Under the pieces are notes generated by a model, which was given only the letters and a program-made list of their open reading frames with translations, ran no database searches and had not been told where the DNA came from. 64,000 nucleotides of DNA from the NCBI GenBank assembly GCA_964483105.1, contig CAYZZU010000005.1, positions 24,475 to 88,474 on the forward strand, in the 5' to 3' direction. This document shows positions 49,389 to 59,943 of the stretch, in pieces. The stretch is from an uncultured Nitrospirota bacterium (GTDB lineage: Bacteria > CG2-30-53-67). Every line of letters begins with the position of its first letter. Within the stretch, counting starts at the first letter, position 1. Made by a program: the position numbers and the translations under genes.

Positions 49389-50782
49389 GGAACGATCAGT
49401 TTCATGAGGAGTGTGGGGTCTTCGGGATCTTTAACCATGCCGAGGCGGCCAACATGGCCTACCTGGGACTTCACGCACTGCAGCACCGCGGCCAGGAAGG
49501 GGCGGGAATCGTCTCGTCCGACGGGCAGACCCTCCACTCGGAAAGGGGTGTGGGGCTTGTAGGAGAGATCTTCACGCGGGACCGGATCGCTCTGCTTCCC
49601 GGAAACATGGCCCTGGGGCATAACCGATACTCCACCGCCGGCGGCAGCCATATCAAGAACGTGCAGCCGCTGCTGGTGGACTACGCGCTCGGTCAGATGA
49701 GTGTGGCCCACAACGGCAACCTGGTCAACGCCCGGTTGATCAAGGACCAGCTCGAGGCCTACGGCTCCATCTTCCATACGACAAGCGACACCGAGGTGGT
49801 GGTGCACCTGATCGCCATCTCGAAGTACCCGACGCTTCAGGACCGGATCGTGGACGCCCTGGAACAGGTCCGGGGCGCCTACTCCATGCTCTTCATGAAT
49901 GAAAAGGAGCTGATCGCCGTCCGGGATCCGCGGGGGATCCGGCCCCTCGTCCTGGGCCGGTTGAAAGACGCCTATGTGGTCGCCTCCGAGACATGCGCCT
50001 TCGACCTGATCGAGGCGGACTATATCCGGGAGATCGAACCCGGGGAGATGCTGGTCATCAACCGGGAAGGGCTTCAATCGAGCTTCCCCTTTTCCGCGAG
50101 GGAACGCAAGAGCTGCGTTTTCGAATACATCTATTTCGCCCGTCCGGACAGCATCGTCTTCGGACACAGCGTCAACACCATCCGCAAGGAGTTCGGACGC
50201 GCCCTGGCGCGGGAGCATCCCTGTAACGCCGACATTGTCATCCCGGTGCCCGATTCGGGGATGCCGCCCGCCCTTGGGTATTCCGAGGAGTCCGGAATCC
50301 CCTTCGAACTCGCCCTGATCCGGAACCATTACATCGGGAGAACCTTTATCGAGCCGGAACAATCGATTCGGCACTTCGGTGTCAAACTGAAACTCAACCC
50401 GATCCGGAGCGTCCTGAAGGGAAAACGGGTGATCCTCGTGGACGACTCCATTGTGAGGGGAACCACCAGCCGGAAGATCGTCCGGATGGTCCGGGACGCC
50501 GGGGCCAGGGAAGTCCATGTTCGGATCAGTTCGCCCCCGACCACGCATCCCTGCTTCTACGGTATCGATACTCCCACCCGCAAGGAACTGATCGCATCCT
50601 CTCACGATATCGAGGAAATCCGCCGTTATATTACGGCGGATTCCCTGGGCTATCTCAGCATTGAAAAGATGCTGGGCGCCATTCCCGGTCAAACCGACGG
50701 GTTCTGTCTCGCCTGTTTTACCGGAGACTATTCCATCCGCTTTCCGCAGATTCAGAGAAACCAGCTCGAACTCTTTCAGTAA
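49385..50782 (+). CDS. purF: amidophosphoribosyltransferase
   Basis: The N-terminal CGVFGI nucleophile and a PRTase motif are present. The ATGA overlaps the purL stop. Confidence 0.9.
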   Translation: MRNDQFHEECGVFGIFNHAEAANMAYLGLHALQHRGQEGAGIVSSDGQTLHSERGVGLVGEIFTRDRIALLPGNMALGHNRYSTAGGSHIKNVQPLLVDYALGQMSVAHNGNLVNARLIKDQLEAYGSIFHTTSDTEVVVHLIAISKYPTLQDRIVDALEQVRGAYSMLFMNEKELIAVRDPRGIRPLVLGRLKDAYVVASETCAFDLIEADYIREIEPGEMLVINREGLQSSFPFSARERKSCVFEYIYFARPDSIVFGHSVNTIRKEFGRALAREHPCNADIVIPVPDSGMPPALGYSEESGIPFELALIRNHYIGRTFIEPEQSIRHFGVKLKLNPIRSVLKGKRVILVDDSIVRGTTSRKIVRMVRDAGAREVHVRISSPPTTHPCFYGIDTPTRKELIASSHDIEEIRRYITADSLGYLSIEKMLGAIPGQTDGFCLACFTGDYSIRFPQIQRNQLELFQ

Positions 50783-50806
50783 TTTTCCTGTATAAGGAGG
50801 CATACC

Positions 50807-51301
50807 ATGCAGAATGAGCCGGCAACCGTCCACCCCCCGCTTTACCTGGTCACTGCCGTAACCACCTGCGAGAGTTGCGGCGCGGATCTTCCTGTTGCGG
50901 CACTCCTCTCTCCCCATGTTTCCAAAACACCGGGAGAGGTCTGTGTCTTTTCCAGCATTCTCGAACTTCCCGATATCGTCCGGGACTATATTCAAAAACG
51001 CGTTCCCACCTTCCGGCTCGAATCCTCCAGGCTGACCCAGTCTGCGTATTATGTCAACACCTGCCCTCACTGCCTGGCTTCCTGCGACGACTTTTTCCTC
51101 CACGATGAACCGGGAGCCCCCTTCTTCCCGACCTCGGAGCAAGAGGCCGCCCTATTGAAGATCGAAACAATACCCCTCACGCAACCGGTTCTCATCCGGG
51201 CCTCCTACGGCATGGGAATCGGAGACTTGATCCTGGAAAACGCGCAAAAAACCGGTTCAGGTGATGCGGGTCACACCTCATCGCAACAGGAGATGACATA
51301 A
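50807..51301 (+). CDS. hypothetical protein with two Cys pairs (possible zinc-ribbon)
   Basis: CESCGADL...CPHCLASCDD is present. There is no recognisable family. Confidence 0.35.
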   Translation: MQNEPATVHPPLYLVTAVTTCESCGADLPVAALLSPHVSKTPGEVCVFSSILELPDIVRDYIQKRVPTFRLESSRLTQSAYYVNTCPHCLASCDDFFLHDEPGAPFFPTSEQEAALLKIETIPLTQPVLIRASYGMGIGDLILENAQKTGSGDAGHTSSQQEMT

Positions 51302-51446
51302 AGGAATACAGGAAGGCAAAAAAGAATCGACCTTTCCGTCAAGCATTCCCCGTTTAGAGTATTCAGTCACCCAAACGGTCGAGCGGACTTGCAAGAGCTG
51401 CGGCAACGCACGTCCGCTTATGCACACCCAAGCGGGTGGCTTAAGA

Positions 51447-52451
51447 TCAGAAATAAACAGCGGGCTGCGGGCGGACTGTTACATGGACTCGCTGGTAGCG
51501 TGTGACGATCATGTCGTGAATCTTCTCTCCCTCCCGGATGACGGCGCCGGGCCAGAGCACGGACCGTGAGAGGGATGCGCCGGTCCCGATTTTGCATCCC
51601 TGCCCGATCAGGACCGAAGGGCCGATCGATACGTGGTCTCCCAGAACCGTTTTTTCGCCGATCCGAAAGGGGGGGGTCAGGACCGTCGATTCGGGAAGCG
51701 TCTTTTGTTCCCTCTCCTGCCGACCCGGGAGGGAAGGGGCTATTCCCCCCAATACGTCCAGGTTGGCCTGTAGATAGTCCGGGAAGGTGCCCAGATCCCT
51801 CCAGTATCCTTTGTGGATGAACCCGTAGCAGGGCTTGCCGGAGCGGATCCATTGCGCGTAGACGTCCCGGTTGATACAGAAGGAGGGGCGATCCGGCATG
51901 GAGTCGATGGCCCGGGGTTCCAGGATGTGGATCCCGGTGAACATCCATTTGTGAAGACCGGGAGACTGAGTTCGGATCTTTCCCAGGAATTCCCGGATGC
52001 GGCCGTGGTCATCGGTTTCGATAGTCCCGTACCGGACGGGATCCGGATTCCTTCTCAAGACCATGGTGGCCAGCGCGGACCGGGAATGATGGAAACGAAC
52101 CGGTTCACTGAGATCCAGGTCGATGAGAATATCGGAGTTGATCACCAGGAAGGTCTCGTCGCCGAAGAACCGCTTCAGCCGTCTGATCCCGCCCCCTGTC
52201 CCGAGGAGCGCGGGCTCTTCGGAATAGACGATCTTGAGACCGAACCGGCTGCCGTCCCCCAATTCCTCCCGGATCTTCTCTCCCATATAGTGCAGATTGA
52301 CGGCGACTTCGGTGATTCCGAGTTGCCGGATCCGGTACAGATTGTATGCAATAACCGGATGACCCGCCACGGGGATCAGCGGCTTCGGCATTTCATGGGT
52401 CAGGGGCCGGAGTCTTTTTCCCAGCCCCGCCGAAAGGAGCATGGCCTTCAT
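51447..52451 (-). CDS. sugar-phosphate nucleotidyltransferase with a C-terminal left-handed beta-helix (GlmU/GCD1-like)
   Basis: The N-terminal MKAMLLSAGLGKRLRPLT nucleotidyltransferase motif is followed by hexapeptide repeats at the C-terminus. The start could instead be 52538 (track). Confidence 0.7.
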   Translation of the reverse strand: MKAMLLSAGLGKRLRPLTHEMPKPLIPVAGHPVIAYNLYRIRQLGITEVAVNLHYMGEKIREELGDGSRFGLKIVYSEEPALLGTGGGIRRLKRFFGDETFLVINSDILIDLDLSEPVRFHHSRSALATMVLRRNPDPVRYGTIETDDHGRIREFLGKIRTQSPGLHKWMFTGIHILEPRAIDSMPDRPSFCINRDVYAQWIRSGKPCYGFIHKGYWRDLGTFPDYLQANLDVLGGIAPSLPGRQEREQKTLPESTVLTPPFRIGEKTVLGDHVSIGPSVLIGQGCKIGTGASLSRSVLWPGAVIREGEKIHDMIVTRYQRVHVTVRPQPAVYF

Positions 52452-52696
52452 CGGGTTCCACCTGTCCTTTTGTGAAAGATTTGCGGTCACGATTGAATAC
52501 GAACCGCTCTTCATTGAATTGTCACGCAAAGATATCACAACGGATTGAGAATGAGAATGTTTTTGTTTGTTTTTTCCGTGGGGGAAGTCCCCCCTGTCCG
52601 GCTTTCTCCTTGAAATCAGGTGGGGGCTGTGTTATGTAGTTCTTAACTCTGTAACCCTTGATCTGGAAAGAAGAATCGGAATGAAGAGGTGATTCC

Positions 52697-55177
52697 TTGG
52701 AACAAGAGTATCATCCGGCAAAAGTCGAGGCGAAATGGCAGCGCTTCTGGGAGGAGCATCAAAGCGATCGGATTTCTCCGGACCCTGAAAGGGAAAAATA
52801 TTATGTGCTGGAGATGTTTCCCTATCCTTCCGGCAAGATCCATATGGGGCATGTCCGGAATTATTCCATCGGAGATGTGATCGCGAGATTCCGCCGTATG
52901 CGGGGAGACAATGTTCTGCATCCCATGGGTTGGGACGCCTTCGGCATGCCCGCGGAAAACGCCGCCATTCAACATGGGGTCCATCCCGCGAAGTGGACCT
53001 ATGAGAATATCCGGACCATGCGGAAACAGCTGAAGCGGCTGGGGCTCTCCTATGACTGGAGCCGTGAGGTGGCTACCTGCGACCCGGACTACTATCGATG
53101 GGAGCAGTGGGTTTTTCTGAAGATGTATGAGCGCGGCCTGATTTACCGGAAGGAATCGTCCGTGAACTGGTGTGATTCGTGCCGGACGGTTCTCGCCAAT
53201 GAGCAGGTTGAAGGAGGCCGCTGCTGGCGTTGCGATTGTGAGGTTCGGCGGAAAGAACTGGCCCAGTGGTTTTTACGAATCACCGAATACGCCGACGAGC
53301 TCCTCGAATTCTGCGGGAAACTGCCGGGATGGCCCGAACGGGTCCTGACCATGCAGAAAAACTGGATCGGGAAGAGTCACGGCGTCGAAATGGAATTTCC
53401 CGTCGAGGGAAGTGAGGAGACGATTCGGATCTTTACCACAAGACCGGATACCCTTTTCGGGGTGACTTTCATGAGTATGGCTCCGGAACATCCCCTGGTC
53501 CCGGCATTGACCTCCCCGGAGCAAAGGGCTCAGGTCGAGGCCTTTGTCGAGCGCATGAGACGGACCGAAGAACTTGTCCGTACATCGGAGGAGGTGGAAA
53601 AAGAGGGGGTTTTCACCGGCAGTTACGCGGTCAATCCCATGAACGGCGCCCGCATCCCGATCTATCTTGCGGATTTCGTGCTCATGGGGTATGGGACCGG
53701 GGCGGTGATGGCGGTTCCTGCGCATGACCAGCGGGATTTTGAGTTCTCCCGGAAATACGGGATCCCCAGGAAGATTGTGATTCAGCCGAAGGACCGTACC
53801 CTTGTGGTTGAGGAGATGACCGAGGCCTATGTCGAACCGGGGATTCTGGTGGATTCAGGAAAATTCAGCGGGTTGTCCAGCGAAGAGGCGAAGGCCCGGA
53901 TCGCCGAGGAGGTCAAGATCCGCGGAATCGGTGACCGGACCGTACATTACCGGCTCCGGGACTGGGGGATCTCCAGGCAACGGTATTGGGGAGCGCCCAT
54001 TCCGATGATTTACTGCAAGGATTGCGGGATCGTGCCGGTGGATGAAAAGGATCTTCCGGTGGTTCTGCCGGAGGATGTGGCCCTGACCGGATCGGGTGGT
54101 TCTCCTCTCGCATCCGTGCCGGATTTCGTGAATACCCCCTGTCCGAGGTGCAAGGGACCGGCACGCAGGGAGACCGACACAATGGATACTTTTGTTGAGT
54201 CCTCCTGGTATTTTCTCCGGTACGCGTCCCGGGAACGGGAACGGGGTCCCTTTGATCGCGACGAGGCGGAATACTGGATGCCGGTGGACCAATACATCGG
54301 GGGGATCGAGCACGCCGTGATGCATCTCCTCTACGCGCGATTTTTTACCAAAACTCTCCGGGACCTGGACCTGATCACCCTGGACGAGCCGTTTCGGAAT
54401 CTGCTGACCCAGGGGATGGTCATCAAGGACGGGGCCAAGATGAGCAAATCCAAGGGAAACGTGGTGGATCCCGGTCATCTGATCGAAAGCTACGGCGCCG
54501 ATACGGCAAGACTCTTCTCCCTTTTCGCGGCCCCTCCGGAGAAGGACCTGGAATGGAGTGACCAGGGGGTGGAGGGAACCCATCGTTTTCTACACCGCGT
54601 CTGGCGCCTGGTCTTCCGTTACTCGGAACGCCTTCTGCTTCGGGATTCCGGAAAGCCGGTTCCGGATCTCCTATCAAAAGAAATGATGGATCTCAGGAGA
54701 AAGACCCATCAGACGCTGCTCAAGGTCACCCGGGATCTGGACGGACGGTTTCACTTCAACACCGCCATTGCCGCCGTGATGGAGCTTGTGAACCGGTTGA
54801 ACCAGATCGACGAGTCGAAAGTGGAGGAGGAGGAACTTCCGGTTATGAAGGAGGCCCTGGAGATCCTGACCCTGATGCTCTTTCCCTTCGCGCCCCACAT
54901 CGCCGAAGAGATCTGGGAGAACCTGGGGCATCCGGGGGGGATCGGCAGGACCCCCTGGCCGGTTGCGGATGAAGAGGCGGCCCGTGAAGAGGAGATCACC
55001 GTCGTCGTGCAGATCAATGGAAAACTGAAGAGCCGGATCCGGGTGCCGGCGGATTCCACCCGGGAAGTTCTTCAGCATGCGGCCCTGTCGAACGTACGGA
55101 TCCGGGAACTGATTCAGGACAGGCCGATCCGGAAAGTGATCGTGGTTCCGGAAAAACTCGTGAATATCGTGGTGTAG
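52697..55177 (+). CDS. leuS: leucine--tRNA ligase
   Basis: The start codon is TTG. The sequence [26 protein letters not shown] (HMGH motif) is present, with KMSKS and an editing domain. Confidence 0.95.
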   Translation: MEQEYHPAKVEAKWQRFWEEHQSDRISPDPEREKYYVLEMFPYPSGKIHMGHVRNYSIGDVIARFRRMRGDNVLHPMGWDAFGMPAENAAIQHGVHPAKWTYENIRTMRKQLKRLGLSYDWSREVATCDPDYYRWEQWVFLKMYERGLIYRKESSVNWCDSCRTVLANEQVEGGRCWRCDCEVRRKELAQWFLRITEYADELLEFCGKLPGWPERVLTMQKNWIGKSHGVEMEFPVEGSEETIRIFTTRPDTLFGVTFMSMAPEHPLVPALTSPEQRAQVEAFVERMRRTEELVRTSEEVEKEGVFTGSYAVNPMNGARIPIYLADFVLMGYGTGAVMAVPAHDQRDFEFSRKYGIPRKIVIQPKDRTLVVEEMTEAYVEPGILVDSGKFSGLSSEEAKARIAEEVKIRGIGDRTVHYRLRDWGISRQRYWGAPIPMIYCKDCGIVPVDEKDLPVVLPEDVALTGSGGSPLASVPDFVNTPCPRCKGPARRETDTMDTFVESSWYFLRYASRERERGPFDRDEAEYWMPVDQYIGGIEHAVMHLLYARFFTKTLRDLDLITLDEPFRNLLTQGMVIKDGAKMSKSKGNVVDPGHLIESYGADTARLFSLFAAPPEKDLEWSDQGVEGTHRFLHRVWRLVFRYSERLLLRDSGKPVPDLLSKEMMDLRRKTHQTLLKVTRDLDGRFHFNTAIAAVMELVNRLNQIDESKVEEEELPVMKEALEILTLMLFPFAPHIAEEIWENLGHPGGIGRTPWPVADEEAAREEEITVVVQINGKLKSRIRVPADSTREVLQHAALSNVRIRELIQDRPIRKVIVVPEKLVNIVV

Positions 55178-55209
55178 GGACGGACCGTAAAGAAGGAGGG
55201 CTCCAGCCG

Positions 55210-55743
55210 GTGACTCGCGTGAAGGCGCTTTTTGTCCTGTTTTTTTTCCTGACGGCGGCGGCGTGCGGGTATCATCCCGGGGCGGGACCGATGATTCCTT
55301 CGGATTTCGGCACCGTGGCGGTCCCGATCTTTGTCAATTCGACTTCCGAGCCGAATATCCAGACCCCGATTACCAACGCCGTGATTCGGGAGTTGAACCA
55401 GGCGGGTGTGCTGGTGGTCGACACGGCGCGGGCCGATCGCATCCTGTATGGAAGGATCCTGAGTTATTCGAACAGCTCCGTTTCCCGGACCGCGGCCGGT
55501 GGGGTCAGTGAGTATCGTCTTTCAGCCGGGATCTCTCTGATCCTCAAAGACCGGTCGGGTAAGGTGCTCTATCAGAATCCATCCGCTCAGTTGCGGGAGG
55601 AATATTTTGCCTCGGGCGACCTGGAACTGAACGAACAGTCCGAGTCCGAGGCGTTGCGGGCCGGCGCGATCGATTTCGCTGAAGACCAGGTCCGCCACAT
55701 ACTGGATGACATCACGGCCGGACTTGGGAATGATCGTCTATAA
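55210..55743 (+). CDS. lptE: LPS-assembly lipoprotein LptE (putative)
   Basis: A lipobox (LTAAACG) is present. The size and the position immediately after leuS match the conserved leuS-lptE synteny. Confidence 0.5.
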   Translation: MTRVKALFVLFFFLTAAACGYHPGAGPMIPSDFGTVAVPIFVNSTSEPNIQTPITNAVIRELNQAGVLVVDTARADRILYGRILSYSNSSVSRTAAGGVSEYRLSAGISLILKDRSGKVLYQNPSAQLREEYFASGDLELNEQSESEALRAGAIDFAEDQVRHILDDITAGLGNDRL

Positions 55744-56056
55744 CCCGGACGAGGAACAGCTGGAACGGTTATGTTCCCTCTCTTCAACAGAGTTCCGTGC
55801 GTTCCGGCTGGTAATCAGAATCCGAAGCGAACTCCTGGGAACGGAGATCTACCTGGTCTCGGATCCGTCCCTGGCAAAGGAGGTCCACGGGGTTGTCTAC
55901 ACACCCGAGGAAATCGGGGAACTGATGAAGATCCGGCGGGCGCTGAAACTTCATTATCCGGAAAGACTGAGAAAAATTCACGATACAAAAAGAATCTTCA
56001 AGGGAAGGATCGTCTCAACGGATTTTGAGCAAAAAGGTGGAAAGAGGGATGTATGA
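55730..56056 (+). CDS. hypothetical protein
   Basis: The ORF overlaps the lptE 3' end. There are no recognisable motifs. Confidence 0.25.
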   Translation: MIVYNPDEEQLERLCSLSSTEFRAFRLVIRIRSELLGTEIYLVSDPSLAKEVHGVVYTPEEIGELMKIRRALKLHYPERLRKIHDTKRIFKGRIVSTDFEQKGGKRDV

Positions 56057-57245
56057 AGAGGAGATCCGCCTTTTCAAAGCTGCGGGTCTGTACCGGAAGC
56101 TTCGAACCGTGGAGTCGCCCCATGGGCGTACGATCCGGGTCCGGGGGCGCAGGATGCTCTCTTTTTCCTCCAACGACTACCTTGGGCTGGCGGCGCATCC
56201 CCTGCTCCGCGAGGCCGCGGCTGTCGCCGTTCAACGTTACGGGACCGGGACCGGGGCCTCGAGGCTTCTTTCCGGGACCACAGTGCTCCACAGTGAGCTT
56301 GAAGAGGAGCTTGCTTCCTTCCTCGGATGCGAAAAGGCGCTGATCTTCAATTCCGGTTATGCGGCCAATACCGGGATACTCTCCGCCCTCTGCGGGAGGG
56401 AAGACCTGATCTTGAGCGATACCTTGAACCACGCCTCCATCGTGGATGGCTGCCGCCTTTCGAAAGCGGATGTCAAGGTATATAATCATTGTGATTGCAA
56501 TCAATTAGAGGATATACTTAAAGTATCAGGTAAGTATAAACGCCGGTGGATCGTCACCGATTCTCTCTTCAGTATGGAGGGTGATCTGGCCCCCCTTCAG
56601 GAGATTGTGGAACTGACCGAACGGTACGGCGCCTCCATCTATCTCGATGAAGCCCACGCCGTCGGGGTCCTTGGAAAGGAAGGAAGGGGTGCCGCCTCCT
56701 TATTCGGGGTTGACGGGAGAATCTCCCTCCGGATGGGGACCTTCGGCAAGGCCTTCGGGTCCTTCGGGGCCTTTGTGGCGGGGGATGCGAGCCGGATCGA
56801 CTATCTGATCAACCGGGCCCGTTCGTTTATTTATTCCACCTCACTGCCACCGGCTGTGCTGGCGGCTTCCAGCGCGGCGCTCAAACTGATCCGGGCGCGG
56901 GAGGGAGAAATCCTGAGGGAGAAACTCCGGTCCAACACGACGAGGCTGGTCCGGGGACTGAACCGGTTCGGGGTTGTAAAGGGGGACGTTCGGACACCGA
57001 TTGTTCCACTCATTCTGGGTTCGTCCGAGAGGGCCCTTCTCGTTTCGAGTGTGCTGGACCGAAAAGGGATCTTTGCGCCCGCCATTCGTCCCCCCACAGT
57101 CCCGGAGGGGTTCTCCAGGATCCGTTTCTCCGTCATGGCCACCCATCACGGGTCGGATCTGGGAGAGGTGATTGAAGGGGTGGAGACAGCCCTGGGGTAT
57201 TCCGGGCCGGCCGGCCGGGAGAGGGGGGCGTCGGATGAAGCGTAA
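56052..57245 (+). CDS. PLP-dependent alpha-oxoamine synthase (BioF/Kbl/serine palmitoyltransferase family)
   Basis: The sequence SNDYLGLAAHP is present, with a PLP-lysine region (SLFSMEGD... TFGKAFG). Confidence 0.75.
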   Translation, partial: YEEEIRLFKAAGLYRKLRTVESPHGRTIRVRGRRMLSFSSNDYLGLAAHPLLREAAAVAVQRYGTGTGASRLLSGTTVLHSELEEELASFLGCEKALIFNSGYAANTGILSALCGREDLILSDTLNHASIVDGCRLSKADVKVYNHCDCNQLEDILKVSGKYKRRWIVTDSLFSMEGDLAPLQEIVELTERYGASIYLDEAHAVGVLGKEGRGAASLFGVDGRISLRMGTFGKAFGSFGAFVAGDASRIDYLINRARSFIYSTSLPPAVLAASSAALKLIRAREGEILREKLRSNTTRLVRGLNRFGVVKGDVRTPIVPLILGSSERALLVSSVLDRKGIFAPAIRPPTVPEGFSRIRFSVMATHHGSDLGEVIEGVETALGYSGPAGRERGASDEA

Positions 57246-57969
57246 GAGGCGGGTGGTTCTCGTGACCGGGGCCTCCAGAGGTCTCGGACGCAGACTGGCC
57301 CTCTGCTTCGCCCGCTCCGGGTCCAGGGTGGCCGTGCATTTTGTATCCAGGCGTGACCAGGCCGAGGAGGTCGTGAAGGAGATCCGTTCCCGCGGGGGGG
57401 AGGCCATTGCCGTGAAGGCCGAACTTTCCGATCCGGTCCAGGTCGTCCGGATGACGGAACAGGTACTGGACCAATGGGGTGACATGGAGGTCCTGATCAA
57501 TAATGCCGCCGTGATCCAGGATGCCCCGGTGATTCGTCTCCAGGACAGGGATTGGGATTTCGTAGTCGGGACGGATCTTGCCGGTCCCTTCTATACCATG
57601 CGTTCCGTCGCTCCCGTGATGAAACGGTCCGGTGGGGGATGGATCGTCAATATTGTTTCGCGCTCCGGCGTCCGGGGAAACCGGGGACAGGCGAATTATG
57701 CCGCCGCCAAGGCGGGACTGATCGGATTGACCCGGGCGGCCGCTCTGGAATGGGGACGTTTCAACATCCGTGTGAATGCGGTCAGTCCCGGGTTCATGAA
57801 AACCGAGATGACCGGTTCCGTTTCCTCGGCGGTCAGAAACCTGGCTTTGAGGCAAAGCTGCCTGAACTGTTTCTGCGACCCCGGGGAGGTGGCCCGCTTT
57901 ATCCTGAGCCTGACGCGGATGAAAGGGGTGACCGGGCAACTCTTTCACGTGGACAGCCGCCTCGTGTAG
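57235..57969 (+). CDS. short-chain dehydrogenase/reductase (FabG-like)
   Basis: VVLVTGASRGLGRRLA and NNAAV are present, with a YAAAK catalytic motif. Confidence 0.75.
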   Translation: MKRKRRVVLVTGASRGLGRRLALCFARSGSRVAVHFVSRRDQAEEVVKEIRSRGGEAIAVKAELSDPVQVVRMTEQVLDQWGDMEVLINNAAVIQDAPVIRLQDRDWDFVVGTDLAGPFYTMRSVAPVMKRSGGGWIVNIVSRSGVRGNRGQANYAAAKAGLIGLTRAAALEWGRFNIRVNAVSPGFMKTEMTGSVSSAVRNLALRQSCLNCFCDPGEVARFILSLTRMKGVTGQLFHVDSRLV

Positions 57970-58014
57970 CGCGTGCCCATCCACAAATAGATTCCGGGCA
58001 CCGGCGGGTTTCCA

Positions 58015-59373
58015 ATGCATAAACAGATGCGTTATTCCATCAAGACATTCGGATGCAAGGTGAATCAGTTTGATTCGGTCCGCCTGGCCGAGACCCTGGA
58101 GGGATTCGGGTTGACCCGGGCCGGGAAAGGGGAGGCCGCGGATGTCTGTGTGATCAATACCTGCACCGTTACGGCCCGAAGCGATACCCAGTGCAGGCAG
58201 ATGATCCGCCGGATGGTCCGGGAAAACCCCGGCGCCTATGTGGTCGTCACAGGATGTTACGCAGAGACCTCACCCGAATTGCTCCGCGCCATCGAAGGCG
58301 TGGACCGGGTGATGGGGAATCGCGAAAAGGTGAAGGCCCGTGAGATTCTGATCGGGGACCTTGAAAAAGAGAAAAACAGAGAACGAAACGGGATTCCGGA
58401 GGCAGACAATCCTGCGGGACAGTCCCTGGATTGTGGGAATCCTCGGACGCCGCCGGTTCATGGGGCGGGAGATCGTTCCCGGGCCTTTCTGACGGTCCAG
58501 GACGGGTGCGACGCATTCTGCGCTTACTGCATTGTTCCCTATGCCCGGGGGGGACCGAAGAGCGTGGATCCGGATCAGGTCTGTCGCCAGGTTCGATATC
58601 TGGTGGAAAGAGGCTTTCCCGAGATTGTTCTCTCCGGCATTCATCTCGGCGCCTACGGGGTGGATTTCCATGAAAAACAGGGGTTGAGCCGTCTTCTCCG
58701 TCGTTTGATCCGGATCCCGGGCGGCTTCCGGATCCGGATCTCCTCGGTGGAACCGATCGAGGTCGGAGAGGACCTGGTCGATCTTGTAATCGGGGAGGAG
58801 AAGATCTGCGATCATTTTCATATCCCGCTCCAGAGCGGGGAAAACCGGATTCTCCGCAGAATGGGGAGGCCTTATACGCGGGAGGACTATGCCGACCTGG
58901 TCTTTTCCATTCGGGAGAGGAGCCCGGTGGCGGCGATCGGGACCGATCTGATCGCGGGGTTTCCCGGAGAGACGAAAGATTCTTTTGAAGAGGCGCTTGA
59001 GTGGATTTCCGGACTTCCCCTGACTCATTTCCACATCTTTCCCTATTCGGAGCGCCCAGGGACCCGGGCGGCTTCCATGGACGGACAGGTCAAGCCGTCC
59101 GAACGGAAGGAGCGGGCGGCCAGGCTCCGGAAGATCTGCGCGGACAAGAAACGGAGGTTTCTGCGGGAGATGACAGGCCGGATTCTCGAGGGAGTTCAAA
59201 TCTCTCAAAAACCTTCTCTGGGGGAGGGGGTGAAGGTCCTGACGGGAAATTATCTGGAGGGACACCTTCGGGATCCGGAAGAAACAGCTTCCGGAATTTT
59301 CCCGGTCAGGGTATTACGGGTTCGGGACGAAACCTTATTATTGACGGCTTCGGAAGAAGCATCATTGGGTTGA
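58015..59373 (+). CDS. radical SAM methylthiotransferase, MiaB/MtaB/RimO family (MtaB-like)
   Basis: The N-terminal sequence is IKTFGCKVNQFDS. The radical SAM motif is CDAFCAYC and a C-terminal TRAM domain is present. Confidence 0.8.
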   Translation: MHKQMRYSIKTFGCKVNQFDSVRLAETLEGFGLTRAGKGEAADVCVINTCTVTARSDTQCRQMIRRMVRENPGAYVVVTGCYAETSPELLRAIEGVDRVMGNREKVKAREILIGDLEKEKNRERNGIPEADNPAGQSLDCGNPRTPPVHGAGDRSRAFLTVQDGCDAFCAYCIVPYARGGPKSVDPDQVCRQVRYLVERGFPEIVLSGIHLGAYGVDFHEKQGLSRLLRRLIRIPGGFRIRISSVEPIEVGEDLVDLVIGEEKICDHFHIPLQSGENRILRRMGRPYTREDYADLVFSIRERSPVAAIGTDLIAGFPGETKDSFEEALEWISGLPLTHFHIFPYSERPGTRAASMDGQVKPSERKERAARLRKICADKKRRFLREMTGRILEGVQISQKPSLGEGVKVLTGNYLEGHLRDPEETASGIFPVRVLRVRDETLLLTASEEASLG

Positions 59374-59478
59374 GCCAATCCGGGGGGAATCCTGAAGCTG
59401 AAAAGGTTTTGGCTTCAAGATGACCCGCGACGGTCAAGGACACAAGCAGGCCCGGGTTGAACCGATAGGGGTAAACGG

Positions 59479-59943
59479 ATGAAACAGTGGATCCGGAAGA
59501 GACTTTCTCCACTCCTGGTCTTTCTGGCTGTGGCCGTTCATGCTGTTCCCGTCCAGGCGACCCAGGGGCATGGAGGGGGAGAGGGGCTCCTTTCCCATTT
59601 GTTCGCCCACCTGATCTTTCTTTCCGCCATGCTCTTTTTGATGGTCCGGCTGCGCCGGAAAAGGGAGTTGCGCCAGCCCGGTGAAGCGTGGATCCTGCGT
59701 GCGGCAACGCTCTTTGTGCTCTGGAATGTGGACACCCTTTTCGTGCATATCTACCAGGGGTGGTTCGGACCGTTGAGCTTCACGGGAGATCTTTTCCATC
59801 TCCCATCGGCGCTCTCCGTCCGGTCGCTGCCGGAGCTTTTCTATTACTTCGGGCGCTGGGATCATCTTCTCTCCATCCCGGCCCTTTTCTTCCTGCTGAT
59901 CGGGATCCGGAAGATCCGGACCTCGGAGGAGGATCGGTCATGA
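59479..59943 (+). CDS. hypothetical small membrane protein
   Basis: Three to four hydrophobic helices are present. The stop overlaps the histidine kinase start (ATGA). Confidence 0.4.
   Translation: MKQWIRKRLSPLLVFLAVAVHAVPVQATQGHGGGEGLLSHLFAHLIFLSAMLFLMVRLRRKRELRQPGEAWILRAATLFVLWNVDTLFVHIYQGWFGPLSFTGDLFHLPSALSVRSLPELFYYFGRWDHLLSIPALFFLLIGIRKIRTSEEDRS

Noticed and set aside
57172-57245. An apparent one-base discrepancy between my reading of the printed sequence (a run of G) and the ORF-track frames at the bioF-like and SDR junction.
   Set aside because: Coordinates re-synchronise downstream (58015, 57969), so this is most likely my miscount of a homopolymer rather than a real frameshift. 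I used the ORF-track coordinates.
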